Origin: Paraphysomonas bandaiensis
Lineage: Eukaryota > Protista > Chrysophyceae
Direction of reading: 5' to 3'
Length of the DNA stretch: 64,000 nt
NCBI GenBank assembly: GCA_965644295.1
Contig: CBFFRP010000072.1
Coordinates: 89,867 to 153,866 of the forward strand
Positions 63,748-64,000 of this stretch are shown piece after piece. Both the position numbers and the translations under genes were made by a program. Every line of letters starts with the position of its first letter. Position 1 is the stretch's first letter. Under the pieces are notes generated by a model, which was not told where the DNA came from, made no database searches, and saw only the letters and a list, made by a program, of their open reading frames with translations.

Positions 63748-64000
63748 ATGAGCTATATATTATTTTGTCGTTTGCTTTCCGGTTTTAGAATATTTGACAC
63801 AAGCGTTAAAGAATTTAAGACCATAAATAAATATCCTAGTGAACATCACAGCTTTGAATTAATGAAAGGATATGAACCAACTGATGAAGACTTAAAAAGA
63901 TACGCAGAGGATTTTAAAAAGTGGTGCGATGAACTAAAGGACCCTGAAAATTTTCTTACTATAGACTATTCTAATTATGTTTCTCATTCTTACGCAGTGA
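63748..64000 (+). CDS. Viral ORF open at the window end (not in the ORF track); possibly a protein-primed PolB N-terminus
   Basis: Class C motif, then MSYILFCRLLSGFRIFDTSVKEFKTINKYPSEHHSFELMKGYEPTDEDLKRYAEDFKKWCDELKDPENFLTIDYSNYVSHSYAV with no stop. The product assignment is weak inference. Confidence 0.6.
   Translation, partial: MSYILFCRLLSGFRIFDTSVKEFKTINKYPSEHHSFELMKGYEPTDEDLKRYAEDFKKWCDELKDPENFLTIDYSNYVSHSYAV

Larger units (their letters stand above)
57086..64000 (+). mobile_element. Endogenous Polinton-like virus (left part; continues beyond the window)
   Basis: Abrupt shift to AT-rich, intronless, densely packed co-oriented ORFs, including PLV-type minor and major capsid proteins and an SF3 helicase, with shared upstream motifs. 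Left boundary inferred at the AGAGAGAG-G10 tract. Confidence 0.88.

Noticed and set aside
1-64000. tRNA/rRNA genes and hammerhead ribozymes
   Set aside because: No cloverleaf, rRNA signature or properly stem-flanked CUGANGA/GAAA core was recognised by eye; a tRNAscan/Infernal run is needed to exclude them.

Overview
Eukaryotic (protist) nuclear DNA with compact genes and short GT-AG introns of about 45-70 nt. The flagellar genes and gene content suggest a flagellated stramenopile, but that is inference. Positions 1-57 kb hold about 14 host genes: an EF-hand NCKX exchanger, a J-domain/CUE membrane protein, isoaspartyl peptidase/asparaginase, sulfotransferase-like, PC-esterase-like, CFAP161/calcyphosin-like, GT8, bacterial-type MTHFR-like, REX1-like exonuclease, separase with an embedded SAP motif, 2-oxoglutarate dehydrogenase E1, a giant ASH/Ig-repeat protein, an ELAV-like RRM protein and a coiled-coil protein. 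Two accessory systems stand out. (1) From about 57,086 to the window end lies an apparently intact, AT-rich, intronless endogenous Polinton-like virus: minor capsid, basic core-like protein, major capsid, SF3 helicase and the start of a possible pPolB. It has three module-specific promoter motifs, a terminator-like hairpin and a repeat-bearing terminal region. (2) A ~510-bp non-coding retroposon family (three copies; the full-length one has a perfect 14-bp target-site duplication) begins with a sequence that folds as an HDV-like, ingi/L1Tc 'Pr77'-type self-cleaving ribozyme. The full-length copy is nested in a hAT MITE with an 8-bp TSD. A Mutator-like element and a Ty1/copia relic are also present. 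All family assignments come from motif recognition by eye; no searches were run.
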